DNA of 64,000 nt. Origin: an uncultured virus (IMG/VR IMGVR_UViG_3300032053_000046). Lineage: Duplodnaviria; Heunggongvirae; Uroviricota; Caudoviricetes. The notes beneath the pieces were generated by a model that ran no database searches, had not been told where the DNA came from, and was given only the letters and a program-made list of their open reading frames with translations. The first letter of the stretch is position 1; the number at the start of each line of letters is the position of its first letter. Position numbers and translations under genes: made by a program. The DNA is taken from the IMG/VR virus record IMGVR_UViG_3300032053_000046; one strand, given 5' to 3'. Shown here in pieces: positions 28,184-39,800 of the stretch.

Positions 28184-29479
28184 ATGGGTAATACTGTTCT
28201 TCCTATGATTCCTTCTGGCACTCTTCGACAGACTTATTTTGATTTGTCAATAAATGGAACTAAGATCCCAACTTACAATTATTTTCAGAGTTTTTCTTAT
28301 GAGAGAAAGACTAGTGCTGCCGGTAACACAGGATCAATCACATTGTTTGATCCAAATTGGTCTTACTTAGAGTCTTTTGTTTTGCTGAAAGATCAGCCAA
28401 ATGCAGATATTGAGTTTTCTTACGGTTGGTCTGATCTTTATTCAAAGCCAATAAAGGGTAAGATTACAGCGTATTCCCCCGAGTTTTCTTCTGATGGTGT
28501 TACGTTAAAACTTGACTTTATGGGTTTGGAGGCTCTTAATTCTTGTGTTAGGGACAACTTATCTTTTAAGGTAGGGACTCGAATATCTGATATTGTTAAA
28601 CAGTATGCAGATAGTAGGGGTATAAAAGAGACGGTAATAGAAAAAACAAGGGGTGGGTTTGATAGTCCCATCATAAAGAGAAATTGTAACGATGATTATT
28701 TTATTCAGAATGAACTTGTTCCGAGAGCAGTAAATCTTAAAGGGTTGAGTGGCTATCTTTTCTTTTATGATGAAACAGGGGTACTTCACTTTCACACCCC
28801 ACTATACAGTTCTAAAAATGCAGATACTATTAAGGTTTACAAAACTTATCTTGTTTATAGGGGTATGAATGGGGAAGTTATTTCTTTTACCCCCGATGAT
28901 ATGGCGTATAAGAGAGCATTTCTTGGGTCACATAAGGTTTTTGTGGAGAGTGTTGACCCAAAAACTAAGAAGGTAATTAAGAGTGTTATTGATAGTTCAG
29001 GTTCTTCTACGCAAATAATTAGTGGTAAACTATCGGACGCACCAAAAATAAAAGGGAAGAGTGCTTCAAGGACTATTAAATCAGCACATCCAAAGCAAGA
29101 GAGTATTGATGACCAAGCAAAGTCAAGGTTTGCTTGCTACAATCTTGATGCCTTTTCTGCCACTGCCGAGATTTTAGGAGATCCATATTTACCTATTGCA
29201 GGGCAAGAACAAGAAAAGGGACAGGGGTTGGCGTTTGTTGAGTTTATAGTTATTACCTCACAGGATCGAGTGCATCCTTTGTCTGGAATTTATTGGATAA
29301 AGCATGTTACTGACAGTATGGATGGTGGTAGCTATACTTCTAGTCTGGAATTATCAAGAAGTTCTTCAAATGTCCCAAGAGCAGCAGCTTTGTATGACTT
29401 AGAAACAAAAAATAAGATAGGAAATATCTTGCGTGAGGTCAGGGAGTCGAATTTGGTTACTAAGGATGTGGAGAAGTAA
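28184..29479 (+). CDS. Baseplate hub protein (gpD/gp27-like)
   Basis: Position; FFYD..G.LHF, EILGDP, SGIYWIKHVTD...G.YTS.LEL motifs. Confidence 0.8.
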   Translation: MGNTVLPMIPSGTLRQTYFDLSINGTKIPTYNYFQSFSYERKTSAAGNTGSITLFDPNWSYLESFVLLKDQPNADIEFSYGWSDLYSKPIKGKITAYSPEFSSDGVTLKLDFMGLEALNSCVRDNLSFKVGTRISDIVKQYADSRGIKETVIEKTRGGFDSPIIKRNCNDDYFIQNELVPRAVNLKGLSGYLFFYDETGVLHFHTPLYSSKNADTIKVYKTYLVYRGMNGEVISFTPDDMAYKRAFLGSHKVFVESVDPKTKKVIKSVIDSSGSSTQIISGKLSDAPKIKGKSASRTIKSAHPKQESIDDQAKSRFACYNLDAFSATAEILGDPYLPIAGQEQEKGQGLAFVEFIVITSQDRVHPLSGIYWIKHVTDSMDGGSYTSSLELSRSSSNVPRAAALYDLETKNKIGNILREVRESNLVTKDVEK

Positions 29480-30138
29480 TGGGCATTGGTCTATCTGCTG
29501 CTCAGATGATAAAGGACGGGATGACTCCCCAGGAGCGTCTGGGTGGTATTTATCGTGCGTGGTGCAAGGACAACAATGACCCTGATAAGGTAGGCAAGAT
29601 CAAGGTCTACATCCCCTTTATTCACGATTCTGAGTATGAGGATGACAAGGACAAATTGCCGTGGGCTGAGTATATGGCATTGGATGGTGGTGGGAACAAT
29701 TACGGGTTTGTTTTTATTCCGAATGTTGGGGATACTGTTTGGGTTACGTTCATAAATGGCGATTATATGTATCCTGTTTGGGTAGGTACGTGGTTTGGTG
29801 CTCCGAATGGGCAGACGGAAATTCCAAAAGAAGCTCAGGATGGATACCCTGAAACTCGAATGTTGAAAACAAGGGGCGGTCATTATCTCAAGTTTGTAGA
29901 TAAGAGTGGGAAAGAGTCAGTAGAAATTTCTGACAAAAACGGGAATTCTATTCTTATTGACTCAACAAAAGATGACATGGATATTAAGGTAAAAGGTGAT
30001 CTTACTGTTGATGTTTCTGGTGACTGTACTTTTAGTGTTGGTGGTAACTGGAAATTGAAAGCAGATAGTGGTATGACTGAGGAGACTCCCGGTACGTTGG
30101 CGCATAAGGCAATGCAGATTACTAACGACATGTACTGA
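29479..30138 (+). CDS. Baseplate central spike, gp5 OB-fold/gpV-like
   Basis: DNNDPDKVGKIKV, LPWA, IPNVGDTVWVTF.NGD..YP, KTRGGH and beta-helix repeats. Confidence 0.9.
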   Translation: MGIGLSAAQMIKDGMTPQERLGGIYRAWCKDNNDPDKVGKIKVYIPFIHDSEYEDDKDKLPWAEYMALDGGGNNYGFVFIPNVGDTVWVTFINGDYMYPVWVGTWFGAPNGQTEIPKEAQDGYPETRMLKTRGGHYLKFVDKSGKESVEISDKNGNSILIDSTKDDMDIKVKGDLTVDVSGDCTFSVGGNWKLKADSGMTEETPGTLAHKAMQITNDMY

Positions 30139-30148
30139 GCAGTAAGAT

Positions 30149-30865
30149 ATGGCATTACCAACTTCAACTTGTCAAGATTTGTTTGATAATGGCATTTCTA
30201 ATTTAGCAAACGTAAACAAGAAGCTGCAAGTTGTTGTTGATAAGATGAATAAGATCACAGCTAAGTTGGAAAAACTTTCTTCGGGGTATGATTTGGATGC
30301 GTTGCTTAGTAACTTTACAATTCCTCCGGTACATCTGCTAACTCCGACAGAGTACCTTGATTTAATTTTGAATTGTCCAATAGCAGTCTGTCTTTTGCCG
30401 AGTGCTCAGGCTATTATTGATTGGGTTCAGACGTATGTTCTTAACAATGGTCCGTTTGATCCATACAATCCTCCAGCAGCGGTCTTAGCGCAGGTAACAT
30501 CCTATGTGAACCTTGCCAACTCAAAGGCCAAGGACGCACAGGCATTGGCTTCTCAGATGGTTTCCGTAGCTCTGGCGAAGTCACCGTTGGGTTCTATAGC
30601 GAGGATGAAGGAGGCGTTTGACGCGATTATCCGTGTGTCTGGAGTGCAAGTTTTGATAAAAGCTACGGATGATTCTTTGTCATGTTTGTTAGGTAAGTAT
30701 CCTGACGGACAGAGTGACCCGAATGTAGTCCTGTACAATTCTTTGAAAAGTTTACTGAATTTTGATCCTGCTGGAAACGTACAAGTAATGACCAGTTCTC
30801 AGCAGGCAACGATGAATAGTTGTACGGATATGCGAAAGAATTTGTCTTCTTTGTCGAATAGGTGA
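30149..30865 (+). CDS. Hypothetical helical baseplate-region protein
   Basis: 238-aa ORF within the baseplate operon. Confidence 0.6.
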   Translation: MALPTSTCQDLFDNGISNLANVNKKLQVVVDKMNKITAKLEKLSSGYDLDALLSNFTIPPVHLLTPTEYLDLILNCPIAVCLLPSAQAIIDWVQTYVLNNGPFDPYNPPAAVLAQVTSYVNLANSKAKDAQALASQMVSVALAKSPLGSIARMKEAFDAIIRVSGVQVLIKATDDSLSCLLGKYPDGQSDPNVVLYNSLKSLLNFDPAGNVQVMTSSQQATMNSCTDMRKNLSSLSNR

Positions 30866-30868
30866 GTT

Positions 30869-31186
30869 ATGGGACAGGCTGCGGCAAGAAATAATGATCT
30901 TGTGCAATACAATTGCAGTCACAATGCATACCCGTATTTTCAACCTCCGGGTGGTCAGTTGATTTCAGGAGATAAGACTAAGAAACTGGATGGAAATTAT
31001 GTTGTTCGTCAGGGGGATCAGGTTCAATTGAATTGTAATATCTGTGGTACTGGTCATGTTGTGGGTGGGTCAGTGATAACTAAGGGTGATAACGGTTCGG
31101 GTTTTGCAAGAGTGATGGATTCTGTTGTTGGTTCTGGTGGTTCTGGTGTTATTACACAGGGTTCTATGATAACATTCTCAGGGTGA
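30869..31186 (+). CDS. PAAR-like spike-tip protein
   Basis: Three repeats AARNND / VVRQGD / FARVMD with G.I..GS spacers; Cys/His ligands. Confidence 0.8.
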   Translation: MGQAAARNNDLVQYNCSHNAYPYFQPPGGQLISGDKTKKLDGNYVVRQGDQVQLNCNICGTGHVVGGSVITKGDNGSGFARVMDSVVGSGGSGVITQGSMITFSG

Positions 31187-31192
31187 GGGATT

Positions 31193-31636
31193 ATGCCAGC
31201 AACTCTTGATGATGTAGTGAACGCTATTGATGCGATGTCTTTAGCAGTAACAAGTGCTATTGTTACTATTTCGATTGATATTCAAGCTAAGATGGATACT
31301 GTAGCAGCAATGATGAAGCATGATGTGTACGCCGCGCCGGATGTGAATGTGGATTCAGACTTCTCAAAATTCTTCATGCACGGTCGTACTGGACAGTCAG
31401 AGGATGACAAGAGACAGGTAGATGCTGGTGCTCAAGATCCAAAAGTGAAAATATACCAGAACTTGTTGATGGAATTTAACGCGCATAAGCATCTTGCAGG
31501 TGGTAGTGGTGCTCTGACTCCTCCACTTCCTGCAACAGATATTTATGGGTGGACGTGGGTGTATGACAAACCTCCTCCTATGTTGACTTCTGTTAAAAAG
31601 CAAGAGGGTGCAAGGGAAGATCCGTTTATGGCGTAA
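31193..31636 (+). CDS. Hypothetical protein with spike-apex-like HxH motif
   Basis: FNAHKHLAGGSGALTPPLP. Confidence 0.55.
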   Translation: MPATLDDVVNAIDAMSLAVTSAIVTISIDIQAKMDTVAAMMKHDVYAAPDVNVDSDFSKFFMHGRTGQSEDDKRQVDAGAQDPKVKIYQNLLMEFNAHKHLAGGSGALTPPLPATDIYGWTWVYDKPPPMLTSVKKQEGAREDPFMA

Positions 31637-31651
31637 GATAAACTTAGTTGT

Positions 31652-32188
31652 ATGGCAAACGTACCTTTTCAATCAGAGTTGTATCAGAGTCAGCTTGTAG
31701 ACCCGCAAGTTTGGCAAGCTACTCCTGCTATTTCTCCGACTATTACAGGGTACGCCCTCCCACCGACTAACCTGACTGCTTATGGTTCTAAGTGGCGTGG
31801 AGCAGCGGTCCCTCTTTCAAAAAGAAAAGATGGGCGTTTTGGGGTTAAGTACACTAATGACCTTGTTAAGGCTTCTATTTTGATGATCTATACGACGAGG
31901 GTTGGTTCTCGTCTGATGAATCCGTTGTTTGGTTCTCATTTTTTGGATGTTTTGTTCGAGCCGAATGACTCGGTATTGAGAGCCGAAGTTGTGGTGTATA
32001 TGACAAATGCAATCAATCAGTGGGAGCCTCGAATTAACCTTCTGGGAATCAGTGTTTACTCTAACGAAGCAAATATCCTGATCCATCATAACTATCAGAT
32101 ACGAGAGTCAGGTCAGGCAGTTGATATGTATTTGCAGGCACAAAAAGGTGTGTTGGGTTCTTTACGAATAGTTGACAATGTAGGATAA
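31652..32188 (+). CDS. Baseplate wedge / sheath initiator (gp25/gpW-like)
   Basis: TRVGSRLMNPLFGS...LFEP, AINQWEPRI. Confidence 0.9.
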   Translation: MANVPFQSELYQSQLVDPQVWQATPAISPTITGYALPPTNLTAYGSKWRGAAVPLSKRKDGRFGVKYTNDLVKASILMIYTTRVGSRLMNPLFGSHFLDVLFEPNDSVLRAEVVVYMTNAINQWEPRINLLGISVYSNEANILIHHNYQIRESGQAVDMYLQAQKGVLGSLRIVDNVG

Positions 32189-32191
32189 ACT

Positions 32192-34210
32192 ATGGCTATT
32201 TCTTCGTTAGTTCAAAAGACATTTCAGCCGTTACCAGAAGTAAGATACTCTTCACGAGATTTTGCTTTGATGAAGGAGTCATTGAGTGCTTGGGTGCAGG
32301 CGCATGACTCACCGTATTGGAATGACTTATTTGAGTCTAATATTGGTGTTGCTTTTATAGACTTGATAAGCTACCTGTCAGATGTTATGTCTTTCAACAT
32401 GGATAAAGTTGCTAATAATAGCTTTATTGATACTGTTGAGAGATACCGTGGGATGCTTCATATAACTAACCTTCTTGGGTATACTCCAACTGCTCCTGTT
32501 GCCGCAAGGGTTCCTGTTCGTGGTGCTCCGACTATTCCTACACTTCCAGTTCCAAAAACTTTGATACTTCGTGGGGCATACTTTGATACATCTACGAAGT
32601 CTCTTGTTCCTCCATCAAGTATCTCCGTAGATAATTTGAATTTTGAGTTGGCTTACTTTAAGAATGACGGGGGCGAGAACCTTCTTGATTTCCCTTCTGT
32701 TGGTTTATCTGATTACAAGAAGGTTACTGTTAGGTATGATGGTAGTTCTTACAAGATAGATGAAGATTCTCAATTTCCAAACACTGTTTTTGTTGGGGAA
32801 TATCCTTTGTTTTGGGGTGTTGCTTATTCTTTTGATTCTGGTAAGAAATGTGTCTATAATGATTTGACTTATGCAAGTCAGCAAGATGGAAATGTTGGGC
32901 ATATTCCGGGGGATGCACTTGATCCGGGTTGGTGGGTTGTTGTTCCCGGTGAGAGTGTTTATGGGTTAGCTTTACTTGAGGGGACATCGAAGGCTGATGT
33001 GTTTATTCCTCAGCCGGGAGTGTTGTTTCCTTCTTTTGTTTCTTCTACTGGAAATGTCATAGAGGATTCGTGGGTAGTTTTTGTCAATGGAACACGGTGG
33101 GAACAAAAGTCAAAAAATACTCTTGTCTTGGCATCACCAACTGAGCAGGTTTACACAGTACAGTTTACAGACCAAGGGAACATCAAAATCATCTTTGGTG
33201 ATGGTGTTACTCATGGGGCATTGCCTCCGGCTGGTTTGGATGTTGTTTTGTTCTATCGTGTAGGTGGTGGTGTGATTGGTAATTCTGTTATTAAGGGAGC
33301 TATATCAGCGAATGTTTCAGGGTTTATTGACCTTATTGATAATCAGTTCACAGTAGATAACAAGAGTACATCTGGAGGGTTTGGAGGGGTTGATCGTGAG
33401 AGTTTGGACCATATTAGGTATCTTGCCCCCGGATGGTTTAAGACAACTGAGAGGGCTATTACAAATAATGATTTTCTTGTGTTGGCTCTGAAGTATGTTT
33501 CTCCTACTTATGGTGCTGTAGGGAAAGCTGCTATAGTAAGACCTCAGAACGACTCGTCTACTGCTTTACAAGTTCCGGTAAAGGAGACATCCCCCGGAAT
33601 ATTTGTTGTTGACATAGTTGCCCCGGATTTAACTGTTAATGTGTATTACCCGTCTTATATGTGTAATGTGATGTTGGTTTATATTTGGTGTCCTGTTTAC
33701 ATAGATGTGAACGGTAACGCTGCTTCTGGAAGTGACGTTGTTTCTACAAAATATCTTCCACCGTCAAGTATGTCTCCAAGTAAAAATGCTATTGTACTAG
33801 AATTGGAAGATTATCTTAATAAGGGTAATTATGATAATGGTTCTCGTCAAGGTGATGTTGGGATGACAGTTGTTCAAACTAAGGTGTTGGAGGGTTTTTC
33901 TGATACTGTTAATGTTGTTATTGATAGTTTGATAATAGATGAAAAGTATGATAAGGTTGAAGTAACTAATTCTATTAAGAAAGCATTGTATGATTTGTTT
34001 TCAACTTTTGTTCCGGGGGATTCATTAAAGAAATACTTACTATATACTGTAATAGGAAACACACCCGGAGTTATTTCTTTTAATTTAAAATTATATAGTG
34101 TAACATGGGGGAATAAGATTATTGATGATACGAAGGATATTTACGGAGTAAATTATTTATTTACTCTTAATGACGTGTATATTACGTTGTATGTTCCATC
34201 GTCACCATAA
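32192..34210 (+). CDS. Baseplate wedge subunit (gp6/gpJ-like)
   Basis: YSSRDF, IFGDG..G..P, YRVGGG..GN, GG.DRES, RAITNNDF motifs. Confidence 0.9.
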   Translation: MAISSLVQKTFQPLPEVRYSSRDFALMKESLSAWVQAHDSPYWNDLFESNIGVAFIDLISYLSDVMSFNMDKVANNSFIDTVERYRGMLHITNLLGYTPTAPVAARVPVRGAPTIPTLPVPKTLILRGAYFDTSTKSLVPPSSISVDNLNFELAYFKNDGGENLLDFPSVGLSDYKKVTVRYDGSSYKIDEDSQFPNTVFVGEYPLFWGVAYSFDSGKKCVYNDLTYASQQDGNVGHIPGDALDPGWWVVVPGESVYGLALLEGTSKADVFIPQPGVLFPSFVSSTGNVIEDSWVVFVNGTRWEQKSKNTLVLASPTEQVYTVQFTDQGNIKIIFGDGVTHGALPPAGLDVVLFYRVGGGVIGNSVIKGAISANVSGFIDLIDNQFTVDNKSTSGGFGGVDRESLDHIRYLAPGWFKTTERAITNNDFLVLALKYVSPTYGAVGKAAIVRPQNDSSTALQVPVKETSPGIFVVDIVAPDLTVNVYYPSYMCNVMLVYIWCPVYIDVNGNAASGSDVVSTKYLPPSSMSPSKNAIVLELEDYLNKGNYDNGSRQGDVGMTVVQTKVLEGFSDTVNVVIDSLIIDEKYDKVEVTNSIKKALYDLFSTFVPGDSLKKYLLYTVIGNTPGVISFNLKLYSVTWGNKIIDDTKDIYGVNYLFTLNDVYITLYVPSSP

Positions 34211-34219
34211 GGCAGTTTA

Positions 34220-36211
34220 ATGGATTGGACGCGACGAAATTTCTGGAGGCAGGGTCAGGGGGATTGGGCAGATCCTCCTGATTCTACTGATAAGCATGTA
34301 GACGGGGATGTGGAGAATAGGGCTATTCTTCCTTCAGAGCCGTCGTATGCTTCTGCACAGTTACCTACCGAAGATCCAAACGGGCGTGGGATACTTCGGT
34401 ATGTGCTTTACTTAGTGCAGAAGGTTTTCTTGGAGGGTGCGTCTTCGTTTGTTGATGTACACGGGAATACCATAGACGCAATGCAGAGTCTTCGAGACGA
34501 GATTAAGAAGCTGGCTACCTTGGTTGATCCTGATGATGTTCCAATATCGTTGCTTACCTATTTGGCAAGGAATATCGGGTATGAGTTTATTTTTCAAGAT
34601 TTAATACTTACTCCTTCAAGTGCTGTAGGAACCCCCTGGTCTGTCAGTAATTCTTATTCTGTTAATGATGTAGTTACTTATGGTGGTGATACATATATAA
34701 GCATAAACGAGACTAGTAATGTTGGGAAGATTCCTGATGTTAGTCCTATGTATTGGTCTTCATACAATGCTCTTTCCTCTGAAAAGACAAGAAGAAATGA
34801 AGTTAAGTGGGCAACTCAATGGTATAAGTTAAAAGGCGTACCTCGCGGGTATGAGGTTCTTTTTGAGGCTATTGGTAAGACTGTAAATATTTTCTATGTG
34901 TGGTCAAACAGGAATAACAGACTTGATACACGAGTTATGCATTATGGGGATGTTCCTTCTGAGAATAAATATGAAAGTAGTCCCGGTCATTGGGAAGATA
35001 AGCCAGTTGACCAGTGGGTTTATTACCCAGATTCAATAATACGAATAGTACCAGAACTTTCCTATTTTATTGGGTTAGTACCAAAGGCTTTTAATGATAT
35101 TTTGAAAAGGATAGACGAGGTAATTCCTGCCCACCTGCTTTATGAGTTTGTGATGGCTATTTCGTTTACTGGTGAGTGTCCTCAAGATACTTCTATTTGT
35201 GGTGATGTTCTTCCAATATCTGACGATATTTTTCCGTACTTACATTATTGGGCTGATCTTAATGGTATAAATCCAAGTAAGTTTTTAGATAAGTTTAATT
35301 GGAACCCTGCAAATTGTTTAACGCATGGAAGTACGTGTTTTCCTCCTCCAAGGCATGACGGGATTGCTATTGCTTCACATGGGAATGCTTTTGGTGCTTT
35401 GTGGGATGACATAGAAGATGCTCCATTTTCTCATAAGTATGATAGCAGCTATCCTTATCGTGGGTGGTGTGAATTTCACGATAATCCCTTGTCAACTCCA
35501 TCTTGGGTTTACTTAGATACTTACAAGGGGGATGATTTTAGTAGTGGAATAATTGATCCCGGTTGGGACTCTGAATTTACGGGTAAGTATGCTTTAGATA
35601 TTCGTCCTCCCCTAAGTGGAGATTATTGTGCTACGTTAGTTAATCCGGTAGATCATGGGGTTTGGTGGAGAGTTTTTTCAAATATAGATGGGGATACGCA
35701 GGTTGATTTTAGTATAAAGATGTCAGGAGTGCATAATTCTACAACTCAGAATTTGTTGTTGAGATTGATAAGTTTTTTAGGTGATCCTTTTGGTGGTGTT
35801 ATGCTTGGTGTTTTTGGGGCACCTGTACTTAATCAATGGATTTACTGGATAACACCTTCCAATATTTTGACATTTTCGTTTCATTGGACCCCTTATCAAG
35901 AGATTCAGTTGCGATTAAAGAGAGTTAGTGGGTTAGTTACTGGATATTATAATGTTGGTGTCGGGTGGTTTTCATTTCCTGATTCTTATGGTATTGCTGG
36001 TCAGCTTAACATAGACTCAAATGGGTACTTTCCGTTCGGTCAGAACTACTACTCTTTTAGTAAGTTTGAATTTCAATCGTCTTATGGATTACCTAACATT
36101 GCTGGTGACAGTGTTCTTCATAACAATGATTGCCAGAACGATAAACTTTGGATATATGACCACAATGACCACTCTGTTCCAATTTATGAGAGTACGGGAT
36201 ACCCATATTGA
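34220..36211 (+). CDS. Baseplate wedge subunit (gpI/gp7-like) with CBM-like insert
   Basis: LVDPD.VP..LL.YLA..IG, WYKLKG..GY, VIPAH motifs. Confidence 0.8.
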   Translation: MDWTRRNFWRQGQGDWADPPDSTDKHVDGDVENRAILPSEPSYASAQLPTEDPNGRGILRYVLYLVQKVFLEGASSFVDVHGNTIDAMQSLRDEIKKLATLVDPDDVPISLLTYLARNIGYEFIFQDLILTPSSAVGTPWSVSNSYSVNDVVTYGGDTYISINETSNVGKIPDVSPMYWSSYNALSSEKTRRNEVKWATQWYKLKGVPRGYEVLFEAIGKTVNIFYVWSNRNNRLDTRVMHYGDVPSENKYESSPGHWEDKPVDQWVYYPDSIIRIVPELSYFIGLVPKAFNDILKRIDEVIPAHLLYEFVMAISFTGECPQDTSICGDVLPISDDIFPYLHYWADLNGINPSKFLDKFNWNPANCLTHGSTCFPPPRHDGIAIASHGNAFGALWDDIEDAPFSHKYDSSYPYRGWCEFHDNPLSTPSWVYLDTYKGDDFSSGIIDPGWDSEFTGKYALDIRPPLSGDYCATLVNPVDHGVWWRVFSNIDGDTQVDFSIKMSGVHNSTTQNLLLRLISFLGDPFGGVMLGVFGAPVLNQWIYWITPSNILTFSFHWTPYQEIQLRLKRVSGLVTGYYNVGVGWFSFPDSYGIAGQLNIDSNGYFPFGQNYYSFSKFEFQSSYGLPNIAGDSVLHNNDCQNDKLWIYDHNDHSVPIYESTGYPY

Positions 36212-36240
36212 TTCATGGTACTTTTTGCAGGGAGTTCTTA

Positions 36241-36813
36241 ATGGATATTGATACTTTTGACATGATAGAGGGTCAGCTTTGGATTTATCAGTGGGAAAGA
36301 AGAGATTTCCGTGGTACTCCATCGTTACTCTACCATGATAAGAATGTGATCCCGTATTGTGGTAGGCGGCATGTTGCTTTGATGGCAACTGATCCTATCA
36401 CCTATGCTTCACGACAAATAAGTAATATGGGGTTGGGATTTCATTCTCCATTTTCTGATCCTTTAGGTAATCCTATGGATCTTACAAGGACTCGTCTTGT
36501 ATCTGATTTGTCTCCTTTATCTGTTCCTATTCCTGATGAGACAGCAGAGGGGGTTTATCTTTCTTTTTCAACTGTTGTAATTCCATCCTCTCCTGATTCT
36601 TTTATTACTTATGAAGTTAATGGTTGGGAACCTATTAGTTCCCATACTATTTATGAAGAAGGTCTTTTCCCTGTTGTTCCTTGGGCAAGTTCTTTTTATG
36701 AAAATGAAGAAAATAGGATAATTGCATATAAGCAACTATCTACTCCTATTCCTATTTCTCCAGGTATGAAACTTGATATTTGGCATCAGATTCGATTTGG
36801 TTCTACTATCTAA
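36241..36813 (+). CDS. Baseplate/tail-fibre attachment protein
   Basis: GGGAG RBS; KNVI...GR, I.EEGLF, IAYK pattern typical of fibre-proximal proteins. Confidence 0.55.
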   Translation: MDIDTFDMIEGQLWIYQWERRDFRGTPSLLYHDKNVIPYCGRRHVALMATDPITYASRQISNMGLGFHSPFSDPLGNPMDLTRTRLVSDLSPLSVPIPDETAEGVYLSFSTVVIPSSPDSFITYEVNGWEPISSHTIYEEGLFPVVPWASSFYENEENRIIAYKQLSTPIPISPGMKLDIWHQIRFGSTI

Positions 36814-36827
36814 AGGGGTTTTGAAAA

Positions 36828-39800
36828 ATGTCTCTTCCAACAACGATCAAAAATGACTTAGGACATGGGCCTGCTTCACTTAACCCGTGGTCTAATCTCA
36901 ATCCTGCTCCTGATCCTAATTCTTATCTCAATTGGGGAAGTTCACAGAATTATGCTTCCGGTGATCCTTACAATATCAATTATTGGGATACATCTACGCC
37001 GGTGTATGCTCCTGCTGAGAAGCCGGTATTTCAGAGTCTTGGTGGAAGAGATTCTTTGATCGCTAAGAAAGTTGATGATGTTATTGATTATTTGAGCGGG
37101 GTTGACTTTAGCTCAGGTGCTTTGTCTTCTGTGGAGCGTGAGGCTTTTTACCGAAGAAGCCTTGCCGCGTCTGGGTTTCTTTCTGGTAATACTGGTGATG
37201 TTAAGAATGCTTCGTTAATTTCTGATGTTAATGTGGTTGTTGGTGATTTGATGTGTGTTTCTTCAGAGACAAATAAGGTATTTATTCAAACTGACAGTAA
37301 TGGTACAGATATTGTTGCTCTTGTAAATGGTTATCAGCTTGTTCTATCACAAACTCAAGATTCTGCATATAGAATTGGCGTGTCTTTACCAACACCTCCT
37401 AATCTTCCAACGACTACTAGGCAGGATATGGTATTTCTTGAAGTTTGGAGAGAGCGAATTGACTTGGTTGTTCCGAAGTTTTTCTACTATGGGAATACTC
37501 AGTATGGCGGGGGTGTGTTATCTGATGATTCTTCTCCTACTTTAATTGCTGCATCTGATTATCCTTATGTGATAGGTACAGTGAATGGAACTTATGATTC
37601 AACACATCCTTCTGTAGTTGGTACTGTTTATCTTGATAAAACAACAGGACATCTTATTCAGATTCGATATAGGATAAGAGTTTTCAGTCTTGATTTTGTA
37701 GTAACTTCTGTTAATCCTTTGTCTGCTCATAATGTTCTTACGAGTTCTGGTCTTTGGGCGTTTGGGCAAAAAGGTTCAAATTCCACAAGTCACTTTTTAT
37801 CAACTTTTGGAGATTATGGTTTGTTTACAGCTTCCGGTGATGCTAATTTAGGAGTTGGTGGGTTAGCTTGGTGTGTTCCTATTTGCTTAGTACAACGTAG
37901 AAATTCTGGTGCGTTTAGTTTGGATAATATTAATGGTGGGTCAGGGAGGCCGGATTTACTTACTGCGAGTGGTATTGTTGATCGTGATGTTATGGATATG
38001 CGGCACACAGTTACTCTTGGTAATTTTGATTTGGGTGAAGTTTATGAGAGAACAATGTATAAATTAATGTCTGGTTCTCTTGGAACTTATTGGCATGAAC
38101 AGTATGTAAATCCAACAGGATCTTCTTCTACACAATTAGATATTTATGGAAATAAACAGGTTGAAGGTTTGGGAATAAGGGCTGCTTCTTTTTCCGGTAC
38201 GAATCAAATTCGTAGGAAAATAAATACAAATAATGGAATTTCTGCATCTCCAGATGGTATGAGAATGGTCTGGTCGGATGCTGAAGAAATTCAGTCGTGT
38301 GTTTGTTATATTCCTAATGGAAGTAATGATGATATTTTCCCTTACGGGTTTTTTAAGTATACTTCTACCTCACATATTATTGAGATTGATGTAAGAAATT
38401 TGGCAGCATGGGTTAGTGGAGATATTAATAGGGTACAGTTTACAGGTCAGACTCCTATGTTTACATGGGCAAATAACGGTGCTCCTGTAGCTATTTCTTG
38501 GGATCAGTTAGTTGGTAATGTTCTTACTGGAACTATTCAACAATTTGGTGGTGGTTATGCAAGTCAGGGTTGGAATGATGGACACACAACTGACGCAATG
38601 ACCGGAGAGGCTTTTATCAAGTTTTCTCGTGGATCTTCTTTTCTTGATAGGACTCCTGTATGGAAGGGCGCAAAGAACATTTATTTGACCTCAGATGGTA
38701 CTCCATTGATGGAGCCATTTGGGTATAATATTTATGAGCCTCTTGGATTTGATGAGCAGATACGCAAAGTGAATACTTTTGCGTTTATATCAGATAAGAT
38801 TTATAATGGGATAGACTTTCTTCATATTAACTCCCAAAGTATTCCTTTTGGTTGTTGTATGAAGGATTCTGATGATTATTACAAGTTTTGGGTTAGTATA
38901 GTTGGTAGTTTTTATCTTTATAAGTCTACTGACATTAATAATTTTTCTGTTTCACCTGTTGTTTGTAGTGGAATAGCAAATGGGGTAAGTGTTGTAAGCA
39001 TTTCAATTGTAAAAGACTCTCCTTCTTCTTATAAGGCTTTTGTTGTGGACAGGTCTACTATTACTTTAGTTCGATATTCTTCTACGGATGGTGTTGTTTG
39101 GACAAGTCCTAGTCCTTGTAATCTTTACTATCCTTCAAGGGTTAGTGTTATTTATGATACAACTGTTTCTAAGTTTAAGATATGGTATGTGGACATTACT
39201 TATAACTCTTTGTGGTATTCAGAGTCGTCAGATGGAATAACATGGGATTCTCCAATAAATACACAGTTAAGTAATTCATCGGCCCCAATTAATCCTGACT
39301 ATATTGACGATGTTTGTGTTATTAAGGAAACAAAGGGTGGGGTTAGTTTGTATAAGATATGGTTGCAGGCTACTGATGCTCCTGATGTTATGAGAGATGG
39401 TTTTTCTGATTTAGTTCCTGCAAATACTATAAGATATAAGAAGATTTTTTATGGTGTTTCTAATAATGGGAAGTATTGGACTATATCTTCTGTTCCCCGT
39501 TGGCAGGCAGAGAATAATTATTTAACATACCAAGATGCAGTATACCCTGAGACTTTGACATTTTTTAATGTCTTTAAGGATAGTAAAGTTTACAGGACTT
39601 TTGCGGCAAAGTCGTTTAAGATTCTCTCTAGTAATCCTGCAAGAAATATTACTTTTTCAAAGGTTGTTCTTGGTATGATTGATCGAAGTGGAGTAGGAAC
39701 TTCACAAAATGGGACATATTCTGGACGTGGTGCGATGGATCATGCTATAAGGTATGATGATTCTATTGGAAGTTTGCCAGATGATTCTTTCATTTTGTTT

